Assembly: GCA_945612235.1 (NCBI GenBank)
Contig: CALZAE010000003.1
Location: forward strand, 10,203-74,202
Origin: an uncultured Gammaproteobacteria bacterium
GTDB taxonomy: Bacteria; Pseudomonadota; Gammaproteobacteria; Pseudomonadales; Pseudomonadaceae
Direction of reading: 5' to 3'
DNA length: 64,000 nucleotides
Shown: positions 1 through 9,217 of the stretch, in pieces
How positions within the stretch are numbered: the stretch's first letter is position 1
How the letters are laid out: each line of letters opens with the position of its first letter
The notes under the pieces: model-generated
What the model was told of the DNA's origin: nothing
Database searches by the model: none
The model's input: only the letters and a program-made list of their open reading frames with translations
Translations under genes and position numbers: made by a program

Positions 1-32
1 AATACGCCACAATTAACTTTCTGGGATGCTGA

Positions 33-590
33 ATGTCTGTACTACCCTTACCTGAACAATATGTACTTATCAGTGCCATGGGACGCGATCCACTTGAATT
101 GACTAACGTCATTTGCCGATCCTGCCAAGAAAACCGCTGCTCAGTGGTCAGCAGTCGCTTAACCCGTCACGGCAAGTACAGTGTATTAACTGTACAAGCT
201 GGCGGCACTTGGGACGCACTAGCGCGCCTAGAAAGCTCTTTACCCTTATTGGCCAAGCGCCATGACTTACAGTTGACCCATACACGCAGTGAGGATGAGG
301 AAAGTCGCCCGCAAGCACTGCCTTATATTGTCTATGTCAGCGCCTTGTACCAGCCGGATATTTTGGCAGAGCTATGCCAATTCTTTGCTGACAACCAGAT
401 TGGCCTTGAAAATATCACCTACGATACTTATCAAGCGCCACAAACTGATACCACCATGCTCAACGCTACTATTACTGTGACGCTACTGGCTTCAACGCAA
501 ATCAATTGGTTGCGTGATCAGTTTTTAGACTTTGCTGATGCCCTCAACTTAGATGCGTTAATCGAGCCATGGCGCCCACAAACACCTTAA
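33..590 (+). CDS. gcvR: Glycine cleavage system transcriptional repressor (tandem ACT domains)
   Basis: 185-aa ORF with LISAMGRD and GTWDALARLE ACT-like segments and C-terminal LRDQFLDFADALNLD; directly upstream of bcp as in gammaproteobacteria. Confidence 0.9.
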   Translation: MSVLPLPEQYVLISAMGRDPLELTNVICRSCQENRCSVVSSRLTRHGKYSVLTVQAGGTWDALARLESSLPLLAKRHDLQLTHTRSEDEESRPQALPYIVYVSALYQPDILAELCQFFADNQIGLENITYDTYQAPQTDTTMLNATITVTLLASTQINWLRDQFLDFADALNLDALIEPWRPQTP

Positions 591-605
591 GCCTGAGGAC
601 CTATA

Positions 606-1073
606 ATGCTTAACCAACCGATCGATAACTTTACGGCTGCAGCGACCAGTGACACCACAGTGGAACTGGCGAAACTCGCTGGACAGCAAGTGGTATTGTA
701 TTTCTACCCTAAAGACAATACCCCAGGCTGCACCACTGAAAGCCAAGATTTTCGTGACTTACACGAACAATTCAGCGCTGCCAACACCCTGATTTTTGGT
801 GTGTCACGCGATACGCTACGCGTGCACGAAAACTTCAAAGCCAAGCACAGCTTCCCCTTTGAATTAATCAGTGACGGTGAAGAAGCACTGTGCAAACAGT
901 TTGATGTAATTAAGCTGAAAAAACTCTACGGCAAAGAGCACTTAGGCATTGAGCGCAGCACTTTCTTAATTGATAGCAGCGGTGTCTTACGCCACGAATG
1001 GCGCAAAGTTAAAGTCGCCGGCCACGCAGCAGAAGTTTTAGCAGCCGCACAAGCTCTGAACGCTGGTAACTAA
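606..1073 (+). CDS. bcp: Peroxiredoxin, BCP/PrxQ family
   Basis: YFYPKDNTPGCTTE peroxidatic motif, ERSTFLID; GAGGA RBS upstream. Confidence 0.95.
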   Translation: MLNQPIDNFTAAATSDTTVELAKLAGQQVVLYFYPKDNTPGCTTESQDFRDLHEQFSAANTLIFGVSRDTLRVHENFKAKHSFPFELISDGEEALCKQFDVIKLKKLYGKEHLGIERSTFLIDSSGVLRHEWRKVKVAGHAAEVLAAAQALNAGN

Positions 1074-1080
1074 GTCAGCG

Positions 1081-1326
1081 TTAGCACTCTTTACGCAACC
1101 AATAGGTATACACAGTCTGCTCAAGCCTTTCATGCAGCAGACTGTGCCCAGCAAGCTTAGCAAACGAGCGAAAATCACGTTGCGAGCCGGCATCAGTGGC
1201 CAGCACCTTAAGCACACTACCAATTGGCAGCTCATTCAGAGCTAATTTGGCTTTTAATAACGGCATTGGACAAGCCAAGCCTCGGGCATCCACTTCAGCT
1301 GCATGCTGCATGTTTATATCACTCAT
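1081..1326 (-). CDS. Sulfur carrier, TusA/SirA family
   Basis: 81 aa, DARGLACPMP (CPxP) motif and ATDAGSQRDF. Confidence 0.9.
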   Translation of the reverse strand: MSDINMQHAAEVDARGLACPMPLLKAKLALNELPIGSVLKVLATDAGSQRDFRSFAKLAGHSLLHERLEQTVYTYWLRKEC

Positions 1327-1465
1327 AAAAAAACCACCTTAATCTACGAACATTGCGCCAAACATTGTGTCTAAACGCCACGCACAGCTATTTCTACTGT
1401 TGGGCTTGCTCACTTATCGCGCGCATTGTAGCGTATACCCCTGCTTATCCTGCAAAGAGAGTGCT

Positions 1466-2899
1466 ATGACCTTGTTACGCCCTGCTCTACTAGCGCTGGC
1501 TTGCCTGTTTGCTCAGCCTGTTTTAGCCTTTGATTTGCCTTCATTAGGCGACTCAAGCTCTGCCATTATTTCGCCAGAACAAGAGCACCAGCTCGGGCGA
1601 GCCTGGTTAAGTATTTTGCGCGGGCAAGTGCGTCAACTCGAAGACCCACTGCTCAAGGATTATGTTGAGTCCAGCGTGTACCGCTTAGCTGAAACCAGCC
1701 AGCTTAACGATCGACGCCTTGAGTTTATTTTACTGGCCAGCCCGCAACTGAACGCCTTTGCTGCACCGGGTGGCATTATCGGTGTCAACGGCGGCTTACT
1801 GTTACATGCGCACACCGAGGCAGAATACGCCTCGGTCATGGCGCACGAACTAGCGCACTTATCGCAACGCCACTTTGCTCGAGGCTTAGAAGCACAAAAG
1901 CGCCTGCAAGTACCCTTAATGGCGGCCATGTTAGCCGGCGTTATTGCTGCAGCGGCTGGCGGTGGTGATTTAGGCATGGCAGCCATAGCCTCAACCCAAG
2001 CTGCAGCGATTCAAGAGCAGCGACGTTTCTCTAGGCAAAACGAGCAAGAAGCTGACCGCATTGGCATCTTAAACTTATCTAAAGCCGGCTTTGATCCACG
2101 CGCCATGCCCAGTATGTTTGAGCGCCTAATGCGCCAATACCGTTACGATCGTATGCCGCCAGAGTTTCTGTTAACCCACCCTGTGTCCGAATCGCGTATT
2201 GCCGATACCCGCAACCGCGCCGAGCAATATGATGGCAAAGGCATTGTCGACAGTCTCTATTACCAACTGATTCGCGCACGTGTACAGCTGACTTTTGAAG
2301 ACACACCAGGCGTAGCTCTGAAGCGTTTTCGTAGCATGCTCACCGATGACCCCAGCCTTGATGCCGCGCGCTATGGTTTAGTTCTAGCATTAATTCGCAG
2401 CAGTAAGCTTGATGAAGCGCAGAGCAACTTAGATGTCTTATTAGACAAAGTGCCCAATAGTATTATTTACAACTTAGCCGCGATTGATATCAATCTTAGC
2501 CGCAGTCAGTTTGCCCAAGCCAATAAACGCGTTGATGCATTACTGCAGCGCAACCCCAACAACTTTCCGTTACGCAGCGCTAAATATGAAATACAGCTCA
2601 AGCAAAAAGACATTGCTGGTGCTGAAAAAACCATCAATCAGATCCTTAAGCAACGCCCTAACGATCCAGATATTTGGTTTGAAGTGGCTGAAGTACGTGG
2701 CTTAGCCAATGATATTATTGGTTTGCATGAGGCGCGTGCTGAGTTTTTCTCACGGGTGGGTGATTACACTCAGGCCATTGAGCAGCTCGATTACGCGAAG
2801 AAACGCGCGAACAACAACTTTCCACGCGCAGCACGTATTGATGCGCGCCAGCAAGTGCTGATCAAGGAAGAACAAGCCATTAAGAAGATGCTCAACTAG
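1466..2899 (+). CDS. bepA: M48 family periplasmic metalloprotease with TPR region (BepA/YfgC-like)
   Basis: HELAH zinc motif, NAFAAPGG, FSRQNEQEADR, LLTHP. Start moved to ATG 1466, which gives a signal peptide (MTLLRPALLALACLFAQPVLA). Confidence 0.9.
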   Translation: MTLLRPALLALACLFAQPVLAFDLPSLGDSSSAIISPEQEHQLGRAWLSILRGQVRQLEDPLLKDYVESSVYRLAETSQLNDRRLEFILLASPQLNAFAAPGGIIGVNGGLLLHAHTEAEYASVMAHELAHLSQRHFARGLEAQKRLQVPLMAAMLAGVIAAAAGGGDLGMAAIASTQAAAIQEQRRFSRQNEQEADRIGILNLSKAGFDPRAMPSMFERLMRQYRYDRMPPEFLLTHPVSESRIADTRNRAEQYDGKGIVDSLYYQLIRARVQLTFEDTPGVALKRFRSMLTDDPSLDAARYGLVLALIRSSKLDEAQSNLDVLLDKVPNSIIYNLAAIDINLSRSQFAQANKRVDALLQRNPNNFPLRSAKYEIQLKQKDIAGAEKTINQILKQRPNDPDIWFEVAEVRGLANDIIGLHEARAEFFSRVGDYTQAIEQLDYAKKRANNNFPRAARIDARQQVLIKEEQAIKKMLN

Positions 2900-3132
2900 T
2901 CTTTTCTAGGTGCTCTAGGCTGCGACTCAGTGACTGAGACCTCAGCTTGCATTGATTCAGGATTGTATTGTGCAAACAACAATTGACTGAGCAATAGAGC
3001 ATTAGAAAAGTCCGCGCCATGCTCGTCACTTAAATACTCAGGGTCGTAGCGCTGTAGGCAGCCCTCACCTCGCATAGGTAAAGGCTGCGCAGTTGCGCGC
3101 TGCAATGGTTGTAACTCGTCATCATCATGCAT
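2896..3132 (-). CDS. Small acidic hypothetical protein
   Basis: ORF fills the gap downstream of purU on the same strand (MHDDDELQP...RGEGCLQRYDPE); its stop overlaps the bepA stop. No family recognised with certainty. Confidence 0.5.
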   Translation of the reverse strand: MHDDDELQPLQRATAQPLPMRGEGCLQRYDPEYLSDEHGADFSNALLLSQLLFAQYNPESMQAEVSVTESQPRAPRKD

Positions 3133-3169
3133 AAAGCACCAGAGCATGCGACCCTATCAAGCTAGAGTC

Positions 3170-4021
3170 TTAGTCAAAGACCACGGTTTTATTATCATGA
3201 ATCATGACACGATCCTGCAGGTGATAGCGCAGGCCGCGCGCCAGCGCCATTTTCTCCACATCTTTACCGTTACGCACCATATCTTCCACACTGTCACGAT
3301 GACTGACACGCACCACGTCTTGTTCGATAATGGGCCCAGCATCTAAATCTTCAGTGACATAGTGACAGGTGGCACCAATGAGCTTTACGCCACGCAATGC
3401 AGCCTGATGATAAGGCTTGGCACCGATAAAAGAAGGTAAGAAACTGTGGTGAATATTAATCACCCGACCATGATACTTCTCACATAAATCCGGCGGCAAA
3501 ATTTGCATATAACGCGCCAGTACCACGCAGTCCGCAGCATGCTCATCGATCAAGCGACTGACTTCAGCAAAAGCCACTTCCTTGTTCTTCGGATCAACTG
3601 GCACATGGTAAAAAGGGATGCCGTGCCACTCAACCATACTGCGCAAATCATCATGGTTAGCAATCACACAAGGTATCTCACAGTCCAACTCATTGCGATG
3701 CCAGCGGTGCAGCAAGTCTGCTAAGCAATGGGACTCACGACTGGCCATCAGCACAACGCGTTTTTTAACATCAGAGTCATTGACACTCCAAGTCATGGAG
3801 AACTCATTGGCAATCGGCGTAAATGCTTGTTTAAAACCTTCCAAATCAAAAGGCAATGATTCTGCGCGAATTTCATGCCGCATAAAGAACCAGCCACTGT
3901 GCACATCAGAGTGATGACTCGCCTGATGAATCCAACCATTATATGTCGCAAGAAAGTTACTGACTTTAGCAACAATGCCGACTCGGTCTGGACAAGCAAT
4001 AATAAGGCGAAACGTGCGCAT
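3170..4021 (-). CDS. purU: Formyltetrahydrofolate deformylase
   Basis: N-terminal ACT domain (CPDRVGIV), LARYMQIL, INIHHSFLPSF, GATCHYVT. Confidence 0.97.
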   Translation of the reverse strand: MRTFRLIIACPDRVGIVAKVSNFLATYNGWIHQASHHSDVHSGWFFMRHEIRAESLPFDLEGFKQAFTPIANEFSMTWSVNDSDVKKRVVLMASRESHCLADLLHRWHRNELDCEIPCVIANHDDLRSMVEWHGIPFYHVPVDPKNKEVAFAEVSRLIDEHAADCVVLARYMQILPPDLCEKYHGRVINIHHSFLPSFIGAKPYHQAALRGVKLIGATCHYVTEDLDAGPIIEQDVVRVSHRDSVEDMVRNGKDVEKMALARGLRYHLQDRVMIHDNKTVVFD

Positions 4022-4516
4022 GCAAAACTCCACAAACAAAGAATTTTTATTAATAACAACCTATACGCCACATTCTACCGCCATGCGGCAGCAGAGTCAG
4101 CAAACAATCCTCCAACACCAAGCTAAACCAGTTTTAACGCGAACAAAATCGACAACCATTCCCCACTGCTCGCTAATTGTGCATGTTAAATCACCACCAC
4201 TTATATAAAAAAACATAAAGCCTGTGATGCTAAATAAAAAATTTTAAGTACGAACCTAACCAAGTAAAAACTAAAAACCATTATTTTTTGAACTTTCCTA
4301 CAGCACTTAAACTTAACATCCATTTACAATTGATATTCTTTACATAATCGATACATAGGTCTATGATTACTCATTATTAAGGGATCGCAAACTATAGTGT
4401 CTAGCTATTTTTTTGCATACTGGAGTTTTATAGAGTTTCACTGGCTTACTAGTGACTACGGACCTGCTCAACAATCCTTAATTTAAAAATAAACACTCAC
4501 CCATAGGATTTTCCAA

Positions 4517-4882
4517 ATGTCATTGATTAATGAATTTCGCGAAACTAAAGAACGTATTAAAGAGCTTGAAAATCGTTTAGCGAGCTTGTCACAAGACAGT
4601 AAACTAAAAAAAGAACTTGAGTTTGAAGAAAAGCTACGCGCGTTAATGGCTGAATATAATAAGTCTTTACGCGATATCACTGTTATTATTGATCCACAGT
4701 CAACACGTGATAATGCTAACAAAGTGACTCGTACACGCAGCCCACGTAAAACCAAACGTTACAACAACCCACATAACGGCGAAGTGATTGAAACTAAAGG
4801 TGGCAACCACAAAACTCTAAAAGAGTGGAAAGCCAAATGGGGTGGTGACACTGTAGAGTCTTGGGTTACTTTGCTTGACTGA
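4517..4882 (+). CDS. mvaT: H-NS-like xenogeneic silencer, MvaT/MvaU family
   Basis: MSLINEFR start, YNNPHNGEVIETKGGNHKTLKEWK C-terminal motif; purU-mvaT-sbcB synteny. Confidence 0.93.
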   Translation: MSLINEFRETKERIKELENRLASLSQDSKLKKELEFEEKLRALMAEYNKSLRDITVIIDPQSTRDNANKVTRTRSPRKTKRYNNPHNGEVIETKGGNHKTLKEWKAKWGGDTVESWVTLLD

Positions 4883-4926
4883 TATTGAGCTTTCAATCAT
4901 TGAGTTCGTAATAGCACAATGACATC

Positions 4927-4954
4927 AACGCCCTACTCTAAGTAGGGCGTTTTT
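4927..4954 (+). terminator. Rho-independent terminator after mvaT
   Basis: AACGCCCTAC-tctaa-GTAGGGCGTT followed by T tract. Confidence 0.85.
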
Positions 4955-4986
4955 GTATCGCCTGAAAAGATAGTTCCAATTCTTAA

Positions 4987-6411
4987 TTAAAACTTAAAGT
5001 TTTGTTGAACTTTGTGCACATGCTCATACCATGCCTGTACCGCAGGAAGCGCTTGTTGCTCGGTAGTTAACTGCGCATAAGCAACCAAGTAGTCGGCAAT
5101 CAGTAATGGCGCTCCAAGCTGTTCACCACTTAATCGTTCACGACAAAACTGCTGCCAGTGCACCCGCTCTTCTTCACTTAAAGTTTCAGGGTAATTACGC
5201 GCACGATAACGAAAGAGTAAAGGCGCTAAACGCACATCATCAAAAGGCCAACGCTCGGGCTGTAAGTTGTCAGGCTCAGCACGACGTACTTGTTCACACA
5301 ACTTGCGATCTCGCGGACCTAAAAAACTGCCATATAACTGCTGCTCTGGATCCTGCTCGGCAAACTCTCGCTCATCTTGATACACACTGCCAAGCTTATC
5401 TTGCCACTGCGCTTGCGTGTCTTGAAGCAACTGTGCGTTAGCTTGCCAAAGCTGATGATCAAAATTTAAGCGCTGAGTATCTTCATCACGCAAGACTGCC
5501 ATTGGCGCAATCACCGGGCTTTTATTAATATGAATCAGCTTTAACGGCACCGCGAGTTCACCCTCAGCCAGCTCATCATGGCGAGTATACAAACGCGCTT
5601 TTAGTGTCTGCGCATCCAGCTGCAGTAATGGCGAGACATCGGCATGCAAATCACAGACAATCAACGCATTACGGTTGGTAGGATGCCACGCCAATGGCAA
5701 AACTGGCGCTAAGCAATGGCGCTCAACGCCAAACATACCCGACACATGCAACATAGGCTGCAGCAAACGAATACGCTCTTGCACCGCGCTTTTACGCCGC
5801 AAACCATATAAGTAATTAAACAACTTAGGCTGCCGCTCACGCAATAAACGCGCTACAGCAATGGTTGCACGCACATCAGCTAAAGCATCATGGGCTTGAC
5901 CGTGATCAATCTGATTGGCTGCGGTAAAACTCTCCAGTTTAAAGCTGACCCTGCCTTCATGCTCAGGCCATTGAATACCTTCAGGACGCAACGCCCAGGT
6001 ACAACGCAACACATCGATTAAATCCCAGCGACTGTTACCACCTTGCCACTCACGCGCATAAGGGTCGTAAAAATTACGATACAAAGTGGCACGGGTCATT
6101 TCATCATCAAAACGTAGATTATTAAAACCTGCAGTACAGGTCTGCGGCTGGATCATCTGCTGATGTAACTTATCAATAAACTCAACTTCAAATAGCCCTT
6201 GCTGCTCAAGCACTTCAGGAGCGATGCCTGTGACAACTGTCGCCATCGGATGCGGCAAGATATCGTCAGCTAATTTACAAAAAATATTAAGCGGCTCACC
6301 TATTTCTTCCAGCTCAGCATTGGTGCGAATACCAGCAACCTGCATGGGCCGATCACTGTGTGGCTGGATTCCTGTGGTTTCAAAGTCATACCAAAAAATA
6401 CTGTCTGTCAT
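4987..6411 (-). CDS. sbcB: Exodeoxyribonuclease I
   Basis: WYDFETTG (Exo I), GFNNLRFDDE, AHDALADV DEDDh motifs. Confidence 0.97.
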   Translation of the reverse strand: MTDSIFWYDFETTGIQPHSDRPMQVAGIRTNAELEEIGEPLNIFCKLADDILPHPMATVVTGIAPEVLEQQGLFEVEFIDKLHQQMIQPQTCTAGFNNLRFDDEMTRATLYRNFYDPYAREWQGGNSRWDLIDVLRCTWALRPEGIQWPEHEGRVSFKLESFTAANQIDHGQAHDALADVRATIAVARLLRERQPKLFNYLYGLRRKSAVQERIRLLQPMLHVSGMFGVERHCLAPVLPLAWHPTNRNALIVCDLHADVSPLLQLDAQTLKARLYTRHDELAEGELAVPLKLIHINKSPVIAPMAVLRDEDTQRLNFDHQLWQANAQLLQDTQAQWQDKLGSVYQDEREFAEQDPEQQLYGSFLGPRDRKLCEQVRRAEPDNLQPERWPFDDVRLAPLLFRYRARNYPETLSEEERVHWQQFCRERLSGEQLGAPLLIADYLVAYAQLTTEQQALPAVQAWYEHVHKVQQNFKF

Positions 6412-6735
6412 TGTGTAAACTCCTCAACTACAGTGCCATTACTCAATAATGCTCTACACTTTCTACTCAAGCGCCGTAACCAGCTCAGTATCAATGGTAT
6501 AAAGACGGCTCTTATGATCAGGCGCACAGGATACACAGCGCACAACACAGCTGCACCTTTAAGCTCGATGAGTATTCACTATAGACTCTAAATCTAAACA
6601 TGCACTGTTCTTAAGGGTAAGCTGCGCTACTCATCCCTGCACTCGCAGCGCGAGGACGGATAGCACAAGACTGATAAGGCTAACGAACACCTCACCAATG
6701 TATACTTCAACTGTATTGACTGTGACTGGCTTATT

Positions 6736-8010
6736 TTGATCAATTTTTTTTATCGATGTCTAAGCATTGCTCTGTGTTTGTGCCTGACGACGCACACCCT
6801 GGCAGACACGCCACAGCAAACAGTCTTAACCAACAGAGCGCAGTCTGAATTGCCAGTGGATGCACCGCGCCTCCTTAAACAAATGCTTAACAGTGAGCAA
6901 GCACAGCACAGCATCAACATTGTTTTAGCTGAGCAGGCGCAGGCGTTAGCATACGAGCCCCCTCTACACGCTGCAGCGCACACTATGGCTGCTTTTCTAC
7001 AGGCACAAGAGATCAGCGCAGTTATCAGCAAAGATATCAGCCAACTCGCCACGCCCACGCCTGGCTTACACACCTTAGTTGTACTCAGTCATGACGCAGA
7101 ATTTATCGAACAACATCAAGAACAATTGCTAGCTTGGGTCAGCGCCGGCGGGCATTTAGTTATCTCAGTTGCACATCAAAACCAAGCTGGTTCTGCGTCT
7201 TCTTGGTTGCAACACTTAAAGATCAGCCAACAGCCAGCAACCCATAGCAAACAAAATAACCGGCCAACAGAGTCAAACTCAGTCTTGGCAACCGCAGGTA
7301 CAGCACCCCTAACGCGCTTATATTTAGAAAATGAGCAGTCACCCGCTTATTTAGCACTCAACAGCTCATACCATTTAGAAGATCATGCCAACCGTGCACA
7401 TGCCTGGGCTAACAGTGACAAGGGCACTCATCTACTGCAGTTACTCCACGGCGCGGGCCTCATCACCTTACTGAGCGATCTACAACTGTGGCACACGCCA
7501 GAAATCAGCCAATACGATCATGCTTGGTTACTCTGGTATTTAAGCCAAGACACTGAGGTCACGCTACTCACACCCCCAACAAGCCTCATACAGCAGAGTA
7601 CTGGCTGGCCAAAACACAGCGCACTCTACAGTTTGCTGATACTGCTACTGGGCGCAGCCGAGTACCTCAGGCGACGCGTTACAGCATCGCGCGCACCTCA
7701 CTTGAGCAGGCATTCGTTAAGCAAAGCGCAAGTGCAAGCGCTAAAGCAACTCAGTTCCAGCGGGCAACGCAATCTGATACTGACACTACAAAAAGAGATT
7801 CAACAACGTGCCCAGCAACATGAGCCTACATTTGCTGACGCACTGGTTGCTGAGCAGTGGCGCCTGTTAGCTCAACTCAGCGGCTTACCACTCAGCTTTA
7901 TCGCTCGCTGCATGCAGCCGCCTACAGCAGAAACCCTGCGTATCCAAGCGCTGACACAACAGATTGCCTATTTGCGCCAACTCCTAAACACTCTACCACT
8001 GGCCTCCTAG
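6736..8010 (+). CDS. DUF4350-like exported/membrane protein
   Basis: Signal peptide, LLAWVSAGGHLVI, GAGLITLLSD..W..I..YDHAWLLWYL pattern, one TM helix near residue 300; TTG start uncertain. Confidence 0.65.
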   Translation: MINFFYRCLSIALCLCLTTHTLADTPQQTVLTNRAQSELPVDAPRLLKQMLNSEQAQHSINIVLAEQAQALAYEPPLHAAAHTMAAFLQAQEISAVISKDISQLATPTPGLHTLVVLSHDAEFIEQHQEQLLAWVSAGGHLVISVAHQNQAGSASSWLQHLKISQQPATHSKQNNRPTESNSVLATAGTAPLTRLYLENEQSPAYLALNSSYHLEDHANRAHAWANSDKGTHLLQLLHGAGLITLLSDLQLWHTPEISQYDHAWLLWYLSQDTEVTLLTPPTSLIQQSTGWPKHSALYSLLILLLGAAEYLRRRVTASRAPHLSRHSLSKAQVQALKQLSSSGQRNLILTLQKEIQQRAQQHEPTFADALVAEQWRLLAQLSGLPLSFIARCMQPPTAETLRIQALTQQIAYLRQLLNTLPLAS

Positions 8011-8085
8011 CTGGCACCTTCAAAGCCAGCTCACACACAAAACCCGACGCAAGCAGGCAGCGAGGACAATAAAAACAGCCAGAGA

Positions 8086-8127
8086 CTCGATCAGATCAAT
8101 TTTCACCCCACACTAAGCAGTTATACT
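8086..8127 (+). promoter_or_regulatory. Possible degenerate Anr/FNR site with -10 element
   Basis: CTCGATCAGATCAA (right half ATCAA perfect, left half degenerate) followed 22 nt later by TATACT. Confidence 0.4.
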
Positions 8128-8217
8128 CTTAACATCAGTCGCTCTAAAACCTATTTGCAACACTGTGCTATCGTGCTTAAGTCTTGCGCTATATCTTGTT
8201 CACTAAGGAGTTTTACT

Positions 8218-9135
8218 ATGAACCTGCAGCAACTTTTAGTGGTCATTGACCCGACATCAAAAGATTCCCAGCCCTCACTCGAGCGCGCCCGATGGGTTGC
8301 GAGCCGCGCAAAATCAGCCATTGAACTGCTGCTATGTGAGTACAACTCAGCATTGGAAGGCGGCTACTTCTTTGATGACTCAGCGCAAAAGAAAGCCCGT
8401 GACGCTTTGCTGGAAAACCGCAGAGAATGGCTCGAGCAACTGGCCCAACCTTTACGTGATGAAGGGCTGCAAGTCACTGTTGAAGTGCGCTGGGGCAAAC
8501 CTTTACATAGTATGATTTTACAGCGTATTGATGAGCTCAAGCCTGATCTTGTTTTACGCAATGGCACATCACACAACCTGCTACAGCGCTTATTTTTCAA
8601 TAACACCTCTTGGCAGCTGATTCGCCAATGCCCAGTGCCTTTATGGTTAGTACGTGACGGCGAATGGGCCGGTAAACGTATTTGTGCCGCTCTCGACCCC
8701 GTCCACAGTTCTGATAACAGTGCAGCACTGGATCATCGTTTAGTGCAAGCAACAACCTATTTAGCTCAAACTCTAGACTTTGAAGCAGACTACTTACACA
8801 GTTATGCGCCACTGCCGCGCACTATGGTTTTTGATGCTGAACTGGTTGCCGCGTATGACAAATATGTCGCGCGTAGCGCCAAACAGCACTTAGATGCCTT
8901 TGAGAAACTGATGGTCAACTACCCCGTTGAAAAAGCCAACCGTCATTTATTAGAGGGCTTCCCAGAAGACAGTATCCCTGCATTTATTAAAAGTCGCGGT
9001 ATCGACCTTTTAGTGATGGGAGCAGTGTCGCGCAGTAATTTAGAAAACGCTCTAATCGGCAATACTGCCGAGCGCGTTTTAGAGGCCGTACAAACCGACT
9101 TATTAGTGATTAAGCCGCAGCCTCAAGCTCAGTAA
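8218..9135 (+). CDS. Universal stress protein, tandem USP domains (UspE-like)
   Basis: LLVVIDP, DLLVMGAVSRS..IGNTAERVL; AAGGAG RBS before ATG 8218. Confidence 0.92.
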   Translation: MNLQQLLVVIDPTSKDSQPSLERARWVASRAKSAIELLLCEYNSALEGGYFFDDSAQKKARDALLENRREWLEQLAQPLRDEGLQVTVEVRWGKPLHSMILQRIDELKPDLVLRNGTSHNLLQRLFFNNTSWQLIRQCPVPLWLVRDGEWAGKRICAALDPVHSSDNSAALDHRLVQATTYLAQTLDFEADYLHSYAPLPRTMVFDAELVAAYDKYVARSAKQHLDAFEKLMVNYPVEKANRHLLEGFPEDSIPAFIKSRGIDLLVMGAVSRSNLENALIGNTAERVLEAVQTDLLVIKPQPQAQ

Positions 9136-9217
9136 TTTAGAGCGCCCTGCCGTTGTGAGCACAACGGCAGGCTCATATCATCCATGTCATCAATCTCATC
9201 GCACAGGAAATCACCGC

